The notes under the pieces are model-generated. The model was given only the letters and a program-made list of their open reading frames with translations. It did not search any database and was not told where the DNA came from. Both the position numbers and the translations under genes were made by a program. A stretch of 64,000 nucleotides of DNA from an uncultured virus (IMG/VR IMGVR_UViG_3300026549_002379) (taxonomy: Duplodnaviria > Heunggongvirae > Uroviricota > Caudoviricetes): the IMG/VR virus record IMGVR_UViG_3300026549_002379; one strand, given 5' to 3'. Shown here piece by piece: positions 28,460-39,135 of the stretch (the stretch's first letter is position 1; each line of letters starts with the position of its first letter).

Positions 28460-31323
28460 CCATACACATCGCGCAATTGCTGCAGAGTCTGCAGAATCAA
28501 TGTGAACTGCTGCTCCTGGCCAAGGCCGATGGAAAGCATCGTCTCGAAGCCACTGATGCCATGCCCCTCAGACTGCAGGTTGCCCAACTCGTCGAGCATG
28601 AACCTCGTCTTGTACAAAGGCTTCTGGTTGCCCTTCGTCATGTACGACTGGTCGAAGTTCAGGTCGACCAGCTGCTTGATGAGAATCAGAATCAGCTTCG
28701 CGTACTTCATCAGATGAGGCGGCGTGACCAGGAACACGACCTTCGGCTTCTCGGAGTACCGGAGCATGAACTGCGTAATCGCATGTGCCCGCACGGTCTC
28801 CTTATGAGCGTTGGCCGAGATGTCCTTCATCTTGACCGTCTTGAACGTCACATGGCCCTTCTTGTAGACGACCTTGCCGTCCTTGCTCTTCACAGGACGA
28901 AGCTCCGTCATAATGCCGTCGCGCACAATCTTCTCGCCGAGGACAGGGTCCTTGACATAGGCGCGGCCATCAAGCGTGGTCGCATAGGACTTCTGGAACC
29001 TGAAATAGAACGTACGCACCAGCTGGCTTGTCTGAGGATTGCGAATCTCGCACTTCAGATAGGCTACATCCGTCGGGAAGATTCCCTTGAAATAGAACCT
29101 CGCCCAACCAGCACGGTTAATCAGGTCCTCATGATAGAAGTCCTTGCCCATAGGCTTCGTGAATCCCCTGTCCTCATATGCCTGCCACACGCACTGCATA
29201 CCGGTCAGGTGATAGCGCTTGATGAAATCGGCGCTCATGCGGAAGCCGAGACGACGCGGGAACGACAGACCCGCCAAGTCCACGTTCTGACTCGGCGTGC
29301 CACTGGTCAAAGTGGAAATCGTCGGGTCGGTGAAGAAGGACATGGCCGTAATGGCAATTCCGTAGACGGAAGCCATCATCTTCTCAGCGCCGGCCATAGA
29401 ACGCAGAGCATTGTTCGCATTGCTCACGAGCGTACGCATCTGGTTCTTAGGCAAGGCATCCGTCGCATTGAAGTACAGGGTCAGCAGGTCAATCTCCGGC
29501 TTGTCCTCCCAGAGCTTCGACTGTGCCGTCGCCTCCTGGAGCTTCGCCTCGTACTCATCGTCCGAGAGCGAATCGAACTCATGATTCTTGGCCTTCTTCG
29601 TGAACTCCAGGGCGGGGTTCTTCAGCTTCTTGGACGTCAACTGAACGAACAGCTGATAGCAGTTATACAGCGTGACATGTCCCCACATCGCGTCGAGCTT
29701 CGTCTCCAGCGTCTTCGGGTCCATGTGCGTCCGCTCCGCCATATTACGAAGCTCGGCCTCTTCCTCAAGGTAGTAGTCGATGAGACCGTAGGCAGCACGC
29801 TTGAACGCATTGTTTGCGGCATTCGGCCACACAGGGTCGTCGCCGCCATCCAGCGGGAAGAACACGTCCGCGATATTCTCGACGTACATTGCCACCTTCG
29901 TGAAGTCGCCCTCACGCGCCGACTGCGCCGCCATCATCAACGGATTGTAAATATCCGTGTTCATGGCGTTAATCAGATTGAACTGCACGACCTGGAAATC
30001 ACGATACGTCGCGGCAACATAGAACTTCTGCAGAAGCTCGCCCTTAGGGTCGTTGATAACGATGTTGTTCGGCCTGCGCTCGCGAAGCCACATGTCAATC
30101 GTCGGCTCGATGACCGTCTGGCCCTTACCTGCACGAGTGATAGCCAGGACCATCGTGTTGACCGGGTCGATGTCCACGAGATAGGCGCCGGCAGGACGCT
30201 GCGTCTCGTACTCCGGAATCACCCAGTCGCCGTTAATCATGTCAGCCACCGTGTCATAGCCCTTCAGCTTGTCACGGTTGGCGTTCTTCGGATTGTAGGG
30301 AATCTTCGTCGGGTCGTAATATTTACGAAGCGTCTTGTCCTTCGGAAGCCCGGAAGCCTCGAACAGGGACTCCATGAAATCCTTGTCGAACATCGGCTTC
30401 GTCTCCATCAGGGCATTGCCGTCATCATCCCGAAGGATTTCGCCCTTCAGGTACTCGATGTCGCCGTCCTCGTCAAGGATGTCCTTGTCCGCACGCCTTG
30501 ACACCTGTACAGGGTTGATGCCCTTGTTCAGAAGAGCCACATGCGAAATCATGCTGGACGGCTGGACGCTCGAATGGGCACCCGCATCAGGGAACCAGTC
30601 GAACTTCCGCATGACCTCCTCAGGCAGGGCGATATGCTGGTCGTTATGGTACTGGTTGATGTCTGACGTGTCGTTCATCATGTTCTGTGCAGCCAGGTTA
30701 CGCATCATCTTCGTATATACGATAAGAAAGACGATGAGCCACGTAATCAGCGACAAAAGGAACTTCACCAGACGGAACGTCCCGAACTCCTTCCAGAACG
30801 CAGCAAGACCGCCATTGTCCTGCTTCGACGAACTTCCGGACGCGTTCTTTGCATTCTGCATGTCAACATACCACTGCGGTTTGGGAACCTGGTCTATACT
30901 GCCCCACGTTTCTGAAGACAACGTATGCTTATCAGGGTCAGTTATCTGATAGCAATACACCATTCCTCCCCTGGTCGTTTGAATCGTATAGTCGTTCGGC
31001 TGCGAAATCGTATTCACATCCGTAAGGCCATACTCCTGCTTCAGCTCATCGGTCTGGCTGCTCACAACGACTCCGGTGCTCCCCATCGTTCCCGTATCGC
31101 TCTGAAACGCGCCGATTGCCAGGGCACCCGCTGACGCGAGAAGCCACATCACCAGCGCCGCGAACAGTGCAACCACAACGGAGAAGATGATACGCCACGT
31201 CGGCGTCTGCTTCTCCTGAATGGTCGAACGTTCCAGCTGCTGGTCTTCGTACACGTCACGATACTGCATCGTGTCGGCATTGCTCTGCTTGCTGAGCCTC
31301 TGCCAATTTGTCTTCTTGGCCAT
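28460..31323 (-). CDS. virD4: VirD4/TraG coupling protein, exon 1 (spliced product about 1339 aa)
   Basis: Two N-terminal TM helices, Walker A-like AITRAGKG, NDPKGEL, Walker B FMLDELGNL, LILQTLQQL. Confidence 0.92.
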
Positions 31324-31349
31324 TAGCCTCTACCTCCATTCTTTCTGCT

Positions 31350-31643
31350 TCACTCTTTACTCTCCTGTGCGGCCGTGCCATCGTCATGGGCAAGGCTTTC
31401 CTTGTACGCTGCCACAGCGTCCGCAGCGGCCTTCTCATTCGCCTTCTTGCCAAAACGGCAGATACCGACAACGGCACATATGGCAATCAGGACCTCCCAC
31501 CAATGCATCAATGCAATCACGACGCCACACAGCAACAGGAACAAATTCTGTCTCACATGAGAAAAGGGGCAAGCAATCGCACCATACCCCATCCGGCTGA
31601 TGCGACCGCTCGCCCCATTGTATCGAACGGCCACGCCGTTCAA
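31350..31643 (-). CDS. Small membrane protein (start uncertain)
   Basis: Hydrophobic segments; lies between the 763-aa ORF and virD4. Confidence 0.5.
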   Translation of the reverse strand: MNGVAVRYNGASGRISRMGYGAIACPFSHVRQNLFLLLCGVVIALMHWWEVLIAICAVVGICRFGKKANEKAAADAVAAYKESLAHDDGTAAQESKE

Positions 31644-33935
31644 TTACTTTGCTGCATCGGTACCGTCGGACTGCTGCGTGTCAGTAGTCGTCGAATCCGT
31701 GGTGGTCTTGCTGGACGTCGAGGACTTGGAATCCTTCTCGACGTTGTCCATGCGGTCATTGAACTCCTGCGAAATCGCACTCGACGCCTTCTCGGAACCA
31801 AAGCTCAGGTTCAGCTGCGTGCCGACGAACGCACCGACGCACAGGGAAGCGATTGCGACCACGATGCAGAGCGCAACCATAACCATGTTCGAACGCTTGT
31901 GCGATGCGATGATGTCGTCGCACTTGCTCTGCCATGCCGCCTTCTGGTCATTGGCCTCGGCAAGACGATTGCTGAACTCATCGTTCTTAATCTTGTCCAG
32001 TTCCGCGAACTTGTCAACAAGAACATCGTACTTGCTCTGCTGCTCGTTCAGACGAGACTGCATCTCCTTGACACGATTATCGCACTCAAGCTGAATATCG
32101 GCGATGCGCTTCTCATTGTCACGCTTGATATGCTCGATGTCCGCCTGCATCTCGACGCGGCGCTGCTCGAAACCTGCCTTCTCAGCAGCCAGACGCTCCG
32201 TGTACTCCTTCATGACACGGTCGGCCTTCTCGCCCTGAGCGAGCTCCTCAGCCAGAGCCTTGTCATGCGCGACGTCATCCTTGCGATGCTCGTCAAGGAA
32301 CGTATTGATACGGTTGCGCCACTCATCGTACTGAGCCTTCTCATCGGCAAGCATCGTCGTGTACTCTTCGGACAAAGTCTTCAGGGTCTCGATGATGCCG
32401 TAGTCCAACAGGCGCTTTGCCTCATCGCGACGCTCGACGTTCATGTCGCGGATGCTGGACTGACGGTCCGCCTCGATGCGGTTCGCCGTATCCGTCTCAA
32501 CACGCATCATCTCGTCGCTATGCTGACGGCCGTAACGCTCACGATACTGCTGCTTTGCGGCATGCGCGGCGTCCTCACCTACCTGCTCAAGCATGGAATC
32601 CCACGCCTTGGTCAGCTCATCACGGCGACGTCCGACGATGTCTGCCATGCCGGCCTTGCTCTCGACGTAATGCTGGGCGATTGCCGCAGACATACGTCCG
32701 TACTGGGTCGTCGGGTCACTGGTGTCCAGGTCGCGCTGAATCTTCTCACAATGCATGGAAATCAGCGAGTAGTACTTCTCACGAAGCTGGAGCAGATTCT
32801 GCTGATGCAGACGACGCATGAACATGTTCGCGTCACGGCTCATCTCGTTCAGGTACTGGTTCAGCCAGCCCTCTCCACGGCTCTCGTTGAACGGAACATA
32901 AGGGTTCTCAGCCATGAACTGGGCATCGAACGGCGAACCGTCAACCTCCAGACCAAGCTCGTCAGAATAGAAGCGGAACTTCACTGCCTGACGGACCTGC
33001 TCCTCGTCGACGACAGGACCCTCGTCCTCTTCCGTCTCCTCATCGCCCGTACCAGCCGGCTCTGCGGCATCCTCCGCATCGCCATCGTCTGCCACGGCAT
33101 CCGATTCAGTCGCATCATCCTCGACAGGCTCATCCGCGACGTCATTCTCAGACTCGTCATCGAAACCGTCCCCGGACGGAACCTCGTCCGTGAAATCATT
33201 CTCGTCGATGACCTCGCCCTCGTCGTCAATCACATCGTCGGTGCCGTCGCCGTCATCGGGGTCGATGACCTGCGTCTCGTCAGCGTCACTGGCATTGTCT
33301 TCGACATCGTCCTCAGGCTCGTCCATCTGCGCCCACTCGACACCGTTGTCAGCCAGAAGGCCATAGACGTCATCGTCGCCGGTCGCGATGCCAGAAGCCT
33401 GCTCATAGGTAATCGGGAACCCGAGGCGCTCAATCTCGCCCTCCTCATTCACGATGACCGTCTCGTACGGAGCATCCGTCAGAAGCGGGAACTCGTCCAT
33501 GGCAGCCAGTGTGTTCGTGTTCGGGATGATGACAAGCTCCTCTGCCTCCAACAGGTCGGCAGGAACATACACGGCAATACTGCCGGAATTGATGAGCTCG
33601 ACAACAGAACCCTTGTCCTCGTCACGCATCGCCTTCTTGTCAAGTCCGCCGATATCGGCAGCCTTCAGCAGCATGCCGACAAAGACATCCTCACCGTCCT
33701 TCTGTACAACGAAGTTCGTGTTCGCCTTCATCGTCTCGACAGCGGACTCGGTGACAGATTCGGAAATCAGACCGGCCATGCTGTCCTTGGCACGCTTCTT
33801 CTTTTTCTTCTTGTTTCCTATGTCGTTAGCGACTGCGCCATCGTTCGCATGACGACCCTTCATGTGCTTCCCTTCGAGAGAAGCATCGGCCGAGGCATCC
33901 GCCTCGTTCTTGTTCTTGCGGTTAAAAAGACCCAT
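31644..33935 (-). CDS. Hypothetical conjugation-region protein (acidic linker, coiled coil, C-terminal TM)
   Basis: 763-aa ORF with clear compositional domains. Confidence 0.75.
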   Translation of the reverse strand: MGLFNRKNKNEADASADASLEGKHMKGRHANDGAVANDIGNKKKKKKRAKDSMAGLISESVTESAVETMKANTNFVVQKDGEDVFVGMLLKAADIGGLDKKAMRDEDKGSVVELINSGSIAVYVPADLLEAEELVIIPNTNTLAAMDEFPLLTDAPYETVIVNEEGEIERLGFPITYEQASGIATGDDDVYGLLADNGVEWAQMDEPEDDVEDNASDADETQVIDPDDGDGTDDVIDDEGEVIDENDFTDEVPSGDGFDDESENDVADEPVEDDATESDAVADDGDAEDAAEPAGTGDEETEEDEGPVVDEEQVRQAVKFRFYSDELGLEVDGSPFDAQFMAENPYVPFNESRGEGWLNQYLNEMSRDANMFMRRLHQQNLLQLREKYYSLISMHCEKIQRDLDTSDPTTQYGRMSAAIAQHYVESKAGMADIVGRRRDELTKAWDSMLEQVGEDAAHAAKQQYRERYGRQHSDEMMRVETDTANRIEADRQSSIRDMNVERRDEAKRLLDYGIIETLKTLSEEYTTMLADEKAQYDEWRNRINTFLDEHRKDDVAHDKALAEELAQGEKADRVMKEYTERLAAEKAGFEQRRVEMQADIEHIKRDNEKRIADIQLECDNRVKEMQSRLNEQQSKYDVLVDKFAELDKIKNDEFSNRLAEANDQKAAWQSKCDDIIASHKRSNMVMVALCIVVAIASLCVGAFVGTQLNLSFGSEKASSAISQEFNDRMDNVEKDSKSSTSSKTTTDSTTTDTQQSDGTDAAK

Positions 33936-33972
33936 GTGTTAATTCCTCTCTTTCTTTTATTGGTATCATCAT

Positions 33973-35733
33973 TTACCTATGCCACTCGCCGACCACCACA
34001 TGGGCCCGCGATTTCAGCATATGCTTGTTCTCGGCCGTCATCGTTCCCTTGACGGTCACGCCGATAGACGTCACGAACGGATGCGAATTGATGTACGCTG
34101 CGATAGGCGTCGTCACATCCGTCTCCAGCTGCGACATGACAGCACGTGCGCCGCCGGCATTCGAGTCGGTGGTCAACTGGTCAGTAACCAGATAGTCGAC
34201 GACCTTGTCCGCCACATACAGCTTGACATTGTGCTTCATCATGACATCGTCGCTCAAACACTTCAAGCGCATCTTGACGATGCCCTTCATCGTATTCTCG
34301 GACAAAGGCTGGAACGGCACGATGCAATCAATACGACCCACCAGCTCAGGCGGGAATCTGTTGTCTCCCGTCGTCTCGGAAATCGAACGCTTGATGAGCT
34401 TCATGTACTCGTCCTGCAGCTTCGTGCCATCACCAGTGTCATCCTCGCCGTACTTCGCGACGGTGGCATAAATCTCGGATGCGGCATTCGTCGTCATGAC
34501 GATGTACGCATTCGTGAACGACACCTCGCGATTGTTCCGGTCGGACAAACGACCGTCATCAAGCACCTGCAGAAGGATACGCGTGACAGGTGCGCACGCC
34601 TTCTCCACCTCATCCAGAAGGATGATGGAATACGGATGCTCCCACACGCGCGTGGTCAGCGAATCACGGAAACGCTCCAGCGAATCAGGGTTCGCATACT
34701 CGGTCATGTCGAACCGAAGCAGACTGCGGTCATCATCGAACAAGATTTTCGCAAGCTGCTTGCACATCTCCGTCTTGCCAACACCAGTGGAACCGGTGAA
34801 CAGGAACGTTGACATCGGCTTCGTCTTATCATTGAGGTCGGCAACGCAAATCTGAAGCCTGCTCTCAATGGCCTTCGTAGCCAGATGCTGCGACAGCACC
34901 CTCTGGTCCAGCCGCTTCTTAATGGTCGTCGCGTCGACCTTGAAGTCGACGTTCACGCCCTCCGTCTCACGGATAACGTCCGCCAGAAGTGCACGGTCAA
35001 GTTTGCGCCCCTCCGAACGAGCCCATCCGACCATGGCGTCAAGCACCAGAATGGACTTACGTGGCTGTGCGTTCGCCGGAATATAACGATTCGTGTACTC
35101 GTAAATCAGCTCGAACAACGAGTCGTTATAGAACTGCGAACCCACTCCGTAGCGGTTGGCCATGCCACGGAGAATCGACACCGTCATCGCCTTGTCCGCC
35201 TGCTTGAGGTTGATTCTCTGAAGACGTTCGACCAATGGCTGGTTGGGCGAAATGTACTTGCGGAACTCCTCATAGGTGGTGGCGGCAACGACACGAATGC
35301 CACGCGTGCCTGAATCGGCCAGAAGCGGCTTCAACGCCTCGACGGCCGCCGCAGACAGCTGCACAATCTGATGGAACTCGTCGATAAAGAGGACGAGCTC
35401 GTGCTCCTCCTGCTGGCCATACCGTGCGGCCTCGTCAAAAAGAGCCTTGAGCTCTGCGGCAAGCTCGTTCGGGTCGTTCAGGTTCGCAATCATGCGAGCC
35501 AAGTCGACCTCGATGTATATACGCTTCGTATCCTTCAGCATCGCGCCCTGTACCAGCGCCGTCTTACCGGAACCGGCTTCGCCAAGAAGAATGACGTTGC
35601 AAAGCTCAGGCCTCATGAACGCTGCCAGGAGCGCACGTATCTCAAGGTCACGCCCGAGAATCTCACGCTCCGCCTTCTTGACGCGGTGGGTGAACTGCGC
35701 GAGCATAGGATACTTTTTCTCATCGACATTCAC
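33973..35733 (-). CDS. Clp/Hsp100-family AAA+ ATPase lacking N- and M-domains
   Basis: GEAGSGKT / LFIDEFH / ATTYEEFRKYI and GSTGVGKTE / LLDEVEKA / RFPPELVGRID; GTG start after AAGGAGG. Confidence 0.9.
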   Translation of the reverse strand: MNVDEKKYPMLAQFTHRVKKAEREILGRDLEIRALLAAFMRPELCNVILLGEAGSGKTALVQGAMLKDTKRIYIEVDLARMIANLNDPNELAAELKALFDEAARYGQQEEHELVLFIDEFHQIVQLSAAAVEALKPLLADSGTRGIRVVAATTYEEFRKYISPNQPLVERLQRINLKQADKAMTVSILRGMANRYGVGSQFYNDSLFELIYEYTNRYIPANAQPRKSILVLDAMVGWARSEGRKLDRALLADVIRETEGVNVDFKVDATTIKKRLDQRVLSQHLATKAIESRLQICVADLNDKTKPMSTFLFTGSTGVGKTEMCKQLAKILFDDDRSLLRFDMTEYANPDSLERFRDSLTTRVWEHPYSIILLDEVEKACAPVTRILLQVLDDGRLSDRNNREVSFTNAYIVMTTNAASEIYATVAKYGEDDTGDGTKLQDEYMKLIKRSISETTGDNRFPPELVGRIDCIVPFQPLSENTMKGIVKMRLKCLSDDVMMKHNVKLYVADKVVDYLVTDQLTTDSNAGGARAVMSQLETDVTTPIAAYINSHPFVTSIGVTVKGTMTAENKHMLKSRAHVVVGEWHR

Positions 35734-35921
35734 GTCGGTATACCTCCTTCCTTGTTTTAACTCATTTATGAACCTATAATAACACATCCTGCAAAGTAAC
35801 ACAAGACCGAAACGCTTGAAAATCAGCACAGACAATCAAGACAAAAAGAAAAAGCCGTCCGCATCACTGCGAACGGCCTCTTCTTTAGGCTGGGAGAATC
35901 CCGTGTGGCGTTCTAACTACG

Positions 35922-36602
35922 TTAAGTCTCAGGCTGCTCATCATCCATCTGAGCCTCCGCTGCATCCATCTGAGGCGCCTCGGCTTCTGTCTGCTTTGCC
36001 TCACGCTGTGCATCACGGAAATCCTGAATCCACTGAATTCCGTCGTGGATGTGCTTTGCCTCACGCTGTACATCACGGAACTCACGGGCCGCCTTGGTAA
36101 CGGCATCCTGATTCTTCAGGACGTTCTTACCGAAGTACGGATTACGAGTAGCACTCATAGGCTTCGCCGTATTGACGATGAGCTCGTTCTTGGCGTTCTT
36201 GGTCAGGTTAGCCTGAATACCAAGAACCTGGTCGCCCTTGTCAGTCTTGAAAGACTTCTTGCCAGCGGCCTTGGCCATGGACTGATACTGCTCCTCGGTA
36301 TAATACGTACGATGGTTCACATAAGTGCCACCGTTCGGGTGGTCAACCTCATTCGAGACGAGATGAGGATTCGTCTGCGGTGCAATGGTCATCGCTCCGC
36401 TCTTGGTCTCCTTACCTGCCTCGGGTCCCTTACCCTCACGAACCTTGTCCGGATTCATAAGAGACTGGTCGACCTGAACATCCAGAAAACGACCCTTGAT
36501 GACATCCTTCTTGGTCTTGTCCTCGTAAACGATGCCTGCCTTAGGCGACGTTACGATGAGCGAACGATTAGAGAACGCTCCCTTTCCACGCAAATAAGCC
36601 AT
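35922..36602 (-). CDS. Hypothetical protein with short C-terminal repeats
   Basis: 226 aa; own promoter TTGACA-N18-TACAGT (36710-36681); FRDxQREAK occurs twice. Confidence 0.7.
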   Translation of the reverse strand: MAYLRGKGAFSNRSLIVTSPKAGIVYEDKTKKDVIKGRFLDVQVDQSLMNPDKVREGKGPEAGKETKSGAMTIAPQTNPHLVSNEVDHPNGGTYVNHRTYYTEEQYQSMAKAAGKKSFKTDKGDQVLGIQANLTKNAKNELIVNTAKPMSATRNPYFGKNVLKNQDAVTKAAREFRDVQREAKHIHDGIQWIQDFRDAQREAKQTEAEAPQMDAAEAQMDDEQPET

Positions 36603-36937
36603 AATTTCCTCCGTTTCCGCCTACTTCTTCCTAGGCACTGTATTAACCCGGCATCGGGGACTATCCCCGTCCGTGCCTTTACTGTATCATACAATGTATA
36701 ATAATGTCAAGACCCTTTTATAAAATAAATACAATTACATTAATGACCATCATGCCCTAACAGGCACGCCAAGACCCATCCGACGGCACATCCCACAAGG
36801 AATCCGCCACAAAGAAACAAAAAGGACGGACACCTGGCAAAAGCCATGGCAACACGTCCCATCATCCATTCTCTCAACGGCTGCAACGGCATCGTCACAC
36901 CCATCACTGTCATCATGAGACAACTCCGATTCCCTCG

Positions 36938-39052
36938 TCAGCTTCCGAACGCCGCGGACTGTACGGTAGCCTGAACGGCCAGCTTCATGTCCCGCTCGAA
37001 GTCATCGCCAAGGCTCGTCGTATGAACGACCTTCGCATGACCGCCGGAGCCCGTCTTGGCAGATGGAAGCACGGCCTGCCCGGACTGGAACCTGTCGGCC
37101 ATGTCCTTCATGACCTGTACGTCCTTCTCAGGCATGTTTCTTACGAAATCGCCCTGCCCCGTGTCTTCCAGGTACGCACGCGCGGCTTCGAAGACCTCGT
37201 GGCGTCTGTTCGCCACACGGACGAAGGCATCGACGTTAGGCTTGCTCACAGGTGCGTCGAACGGGAAGTCGTAGCCCAGATGATGCAGGTCCAGAGCCTT
37301 CACGTCATCGAAGTCGTACGCGGGCTGATGCCTAACGCGTGCACCGTTTTCGTCCGATTCGAACGTCATGCCCAAATCGGCCAGATGCAGCTTGAAATCG
37401 TCGACCTTGCGGTCATACGTCGCAAGCATTCTGTCAAGCCTCTGCTCCAACACCTGCGGAGCCGTCACGGCAAAACGTCCGCCACGCTGACCATAGACAC
37501 GCATACCATAATCTTCCGCAGAATCAGGACTGCGACGCCGCATGCTCCTGTCCGTTATCATCGCGTCCATGTTCACAATCGAATCGCGATACTTCATGAG
37601 GTCGTCGAACTCGCCCTCATATTCCTCGTCCGGCGGCAAAAACGCCAGGAAATGCTGGTATTTCGCCATCAGCATCGCATTGTACTCCTCCTCGAACTTG
37701 TAGAAATCGTACAGCGGTTTCGAGTCCTCGGATGCCTCACCGGCTTCCTCGGCCTCCTCATAATGCACGCGCGCATCATGATAGCGCTTGTGCTCCTTCT
37801 TATGGTAATCGAGACGCGACGAGTACGAACGCAAACGGAACCCGAACTCCAGCATCGGGTCCGTCATGGCATCCTCGGCCATATCCGTGTATTCCATGCT
37901 CATGATATCGAGCATCGGCGTCGTCGTCCGCATCCGCGACTCCGGCACGTCCTTCAGAATCGAGTACACGCCATTCATGCAGTCCGTGACCAGACGCTCG
38001 CGGCCGTTCGCCACAAGCTCACGATACTCGCGACCCGTCAAATCCTCCCTCATCTGCCGCGAACGTGCGTACTCACCAATCTCACGCATGGCCTTGTCAT
38101 AGCCCGAGTCAGGCTGGGCAAGCACCTGCTCCACGAACTCGCGCGTGATGGCATTCGCCTTCCGCATCTCCTTGCGGTTCGTGTTCGCACGCCACAGACG
38201 CCTATCATCCGGCAGACACGCCATCAGAAGCTGCGGCGTACCGTTCTGCGCCATGACCTGATGCGTGTACTTCTTGATGAAGCAACGGGCATTCCGCCTG
38301 TCATAGGCCACGCTTGATGCCAGCATCTTCACAGGTTGCATCTCGTCCAGCTGCATGTCGATGCCACGCCGAAGCATACGCTTGTCATCCTCGTCAAGCT
38401 TCCCCCTCTGCGTGCCATCAGGCATCACACGGCCACGGCCCTTGTCCACCATGCAAAGGTGACAGTGCACATGCATGGTATCCACCTGGATGACGCCGAC
38501 CCATTCCAGGTCGTCGAAGCGCCTTGACATGCGGTCCATGCCATGCATGATGGCCAGTCGCAGCTTCATCTGGTCGATGTTGCCACGATAGTCACCACGC
38601 CTCCTGGGCTCAAAATCCTCATCCACAATGCCGGTCCGCTTCAGGTACGGCAGGTCGAAGGACACGACGGTCTTCAGTACCGTCTTGCCGGACTCGAACT
38701 GCTTCTGGATGTCCTTCGACACGGCCTTGACCTTGCGATGGCTCATCGAGATGTCACCCATGTCACCATCACCCGTCGACCCGAAGGCGACACCGCCAAA
38801 CCCCTGCGCATCGCGCATGCCCTGCTTGATGCGTCCGACGGAATCGTACCTCTCCGTGGCCTCACGCCGCGCCATGTACCGCGTCACATAGGCATCATTA
38901 TCATCATATCGAACGGGCGTCAGGTCCTCTGTCGCACCGTTTCTCGCCATATATCGTATGACATAGTCTCCCGGCGTGTTCCCGCGGGAACCGCCGTCCA
39001 CCGTCGGAACGGAAAACTCGTTCACGACGACAATGTCCTGCTTCAAACCCAT
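36938..39052 (-). CDS. HUH relaxase (MobP2/MobL-like)
   Basis: N-terminal YVIRYMAR and YVTRYMAR tyrosine motifs, TVVSFD, WVGVIQVDTMHVHCHL HUH motif. Confidence 0.85.
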   Translation of the reverse strand: MGLKQDIVVVNEFSVPTVDGGSRGNTPGDYVIRYMARNGATEDLTPVRYDDNDAYVTRYMARREATERYDSVGRIKQGMRDAQGFGGVAFGSTGDGDMGDISMSHRKVKAVSKDIQKQFESGKTVLKTVVSFDLPYLKRTGIVDEDFEPRRRGDYRGNIDQMKLRLAIMHGMDRMSRRFDDLEWVGVIQVDTMHVHCHLCMVDKGRGRVMPDGTQRGKLDEDDKRMLRRGIDMQLDEMQPVKMLASSVAYDRRNARCFIKKYTHQVMAQNGTPQLLMACLPDDRRLWRANTNRKEMRKANAITREFVEQVLAQPDSGYDKAMREIGEYARSRQMREDLTGREYRELVANGRERLVTDCMNGVYSILKDVPESRMRTTTPMLDIMSMEYTDMAEDAMTDPMLEFGFRLRSYSSRLDYHKKEHKRYHDARVHYEEAEEAGEASEDSKPLYDFYKFEEEYNAMLMAKYQHFLAFLPPDEEYEGEFDDLMKYRDSIVNMDAMITDRSMRRRSPDSAEDYGMRVYGQRGGRFAVTAPQVLEQRLDRMLATYDRKVDDFKLHLADLGMTFESDENGARVRHQPAYDFDDVKALDLHHLGYDFPFDAPVSKPNVDAFVRVANRRHEVFEAARAYLEDTGQGDFVRNMPEKDVQVMKDMADRFQSGQAVLPSAKTGSGGHAKVVHTTSLGDDFERDMKLAVQATVQSAAFGS

Positions 39053-39135
39053 TCCATCACCTCCGTACACGAAAAAGGGCGACGGCCGGCTCTACATGCC
39101 AGACCGCCGCCCAGGCCCTCACGCAGGTCGTGACG

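Noticed and set aside
36720..36935. oriT next to the relaxase
   Set aside because: Non-coding, but I see no convincing inverted repeat plus nick-site consensus; not supportable.
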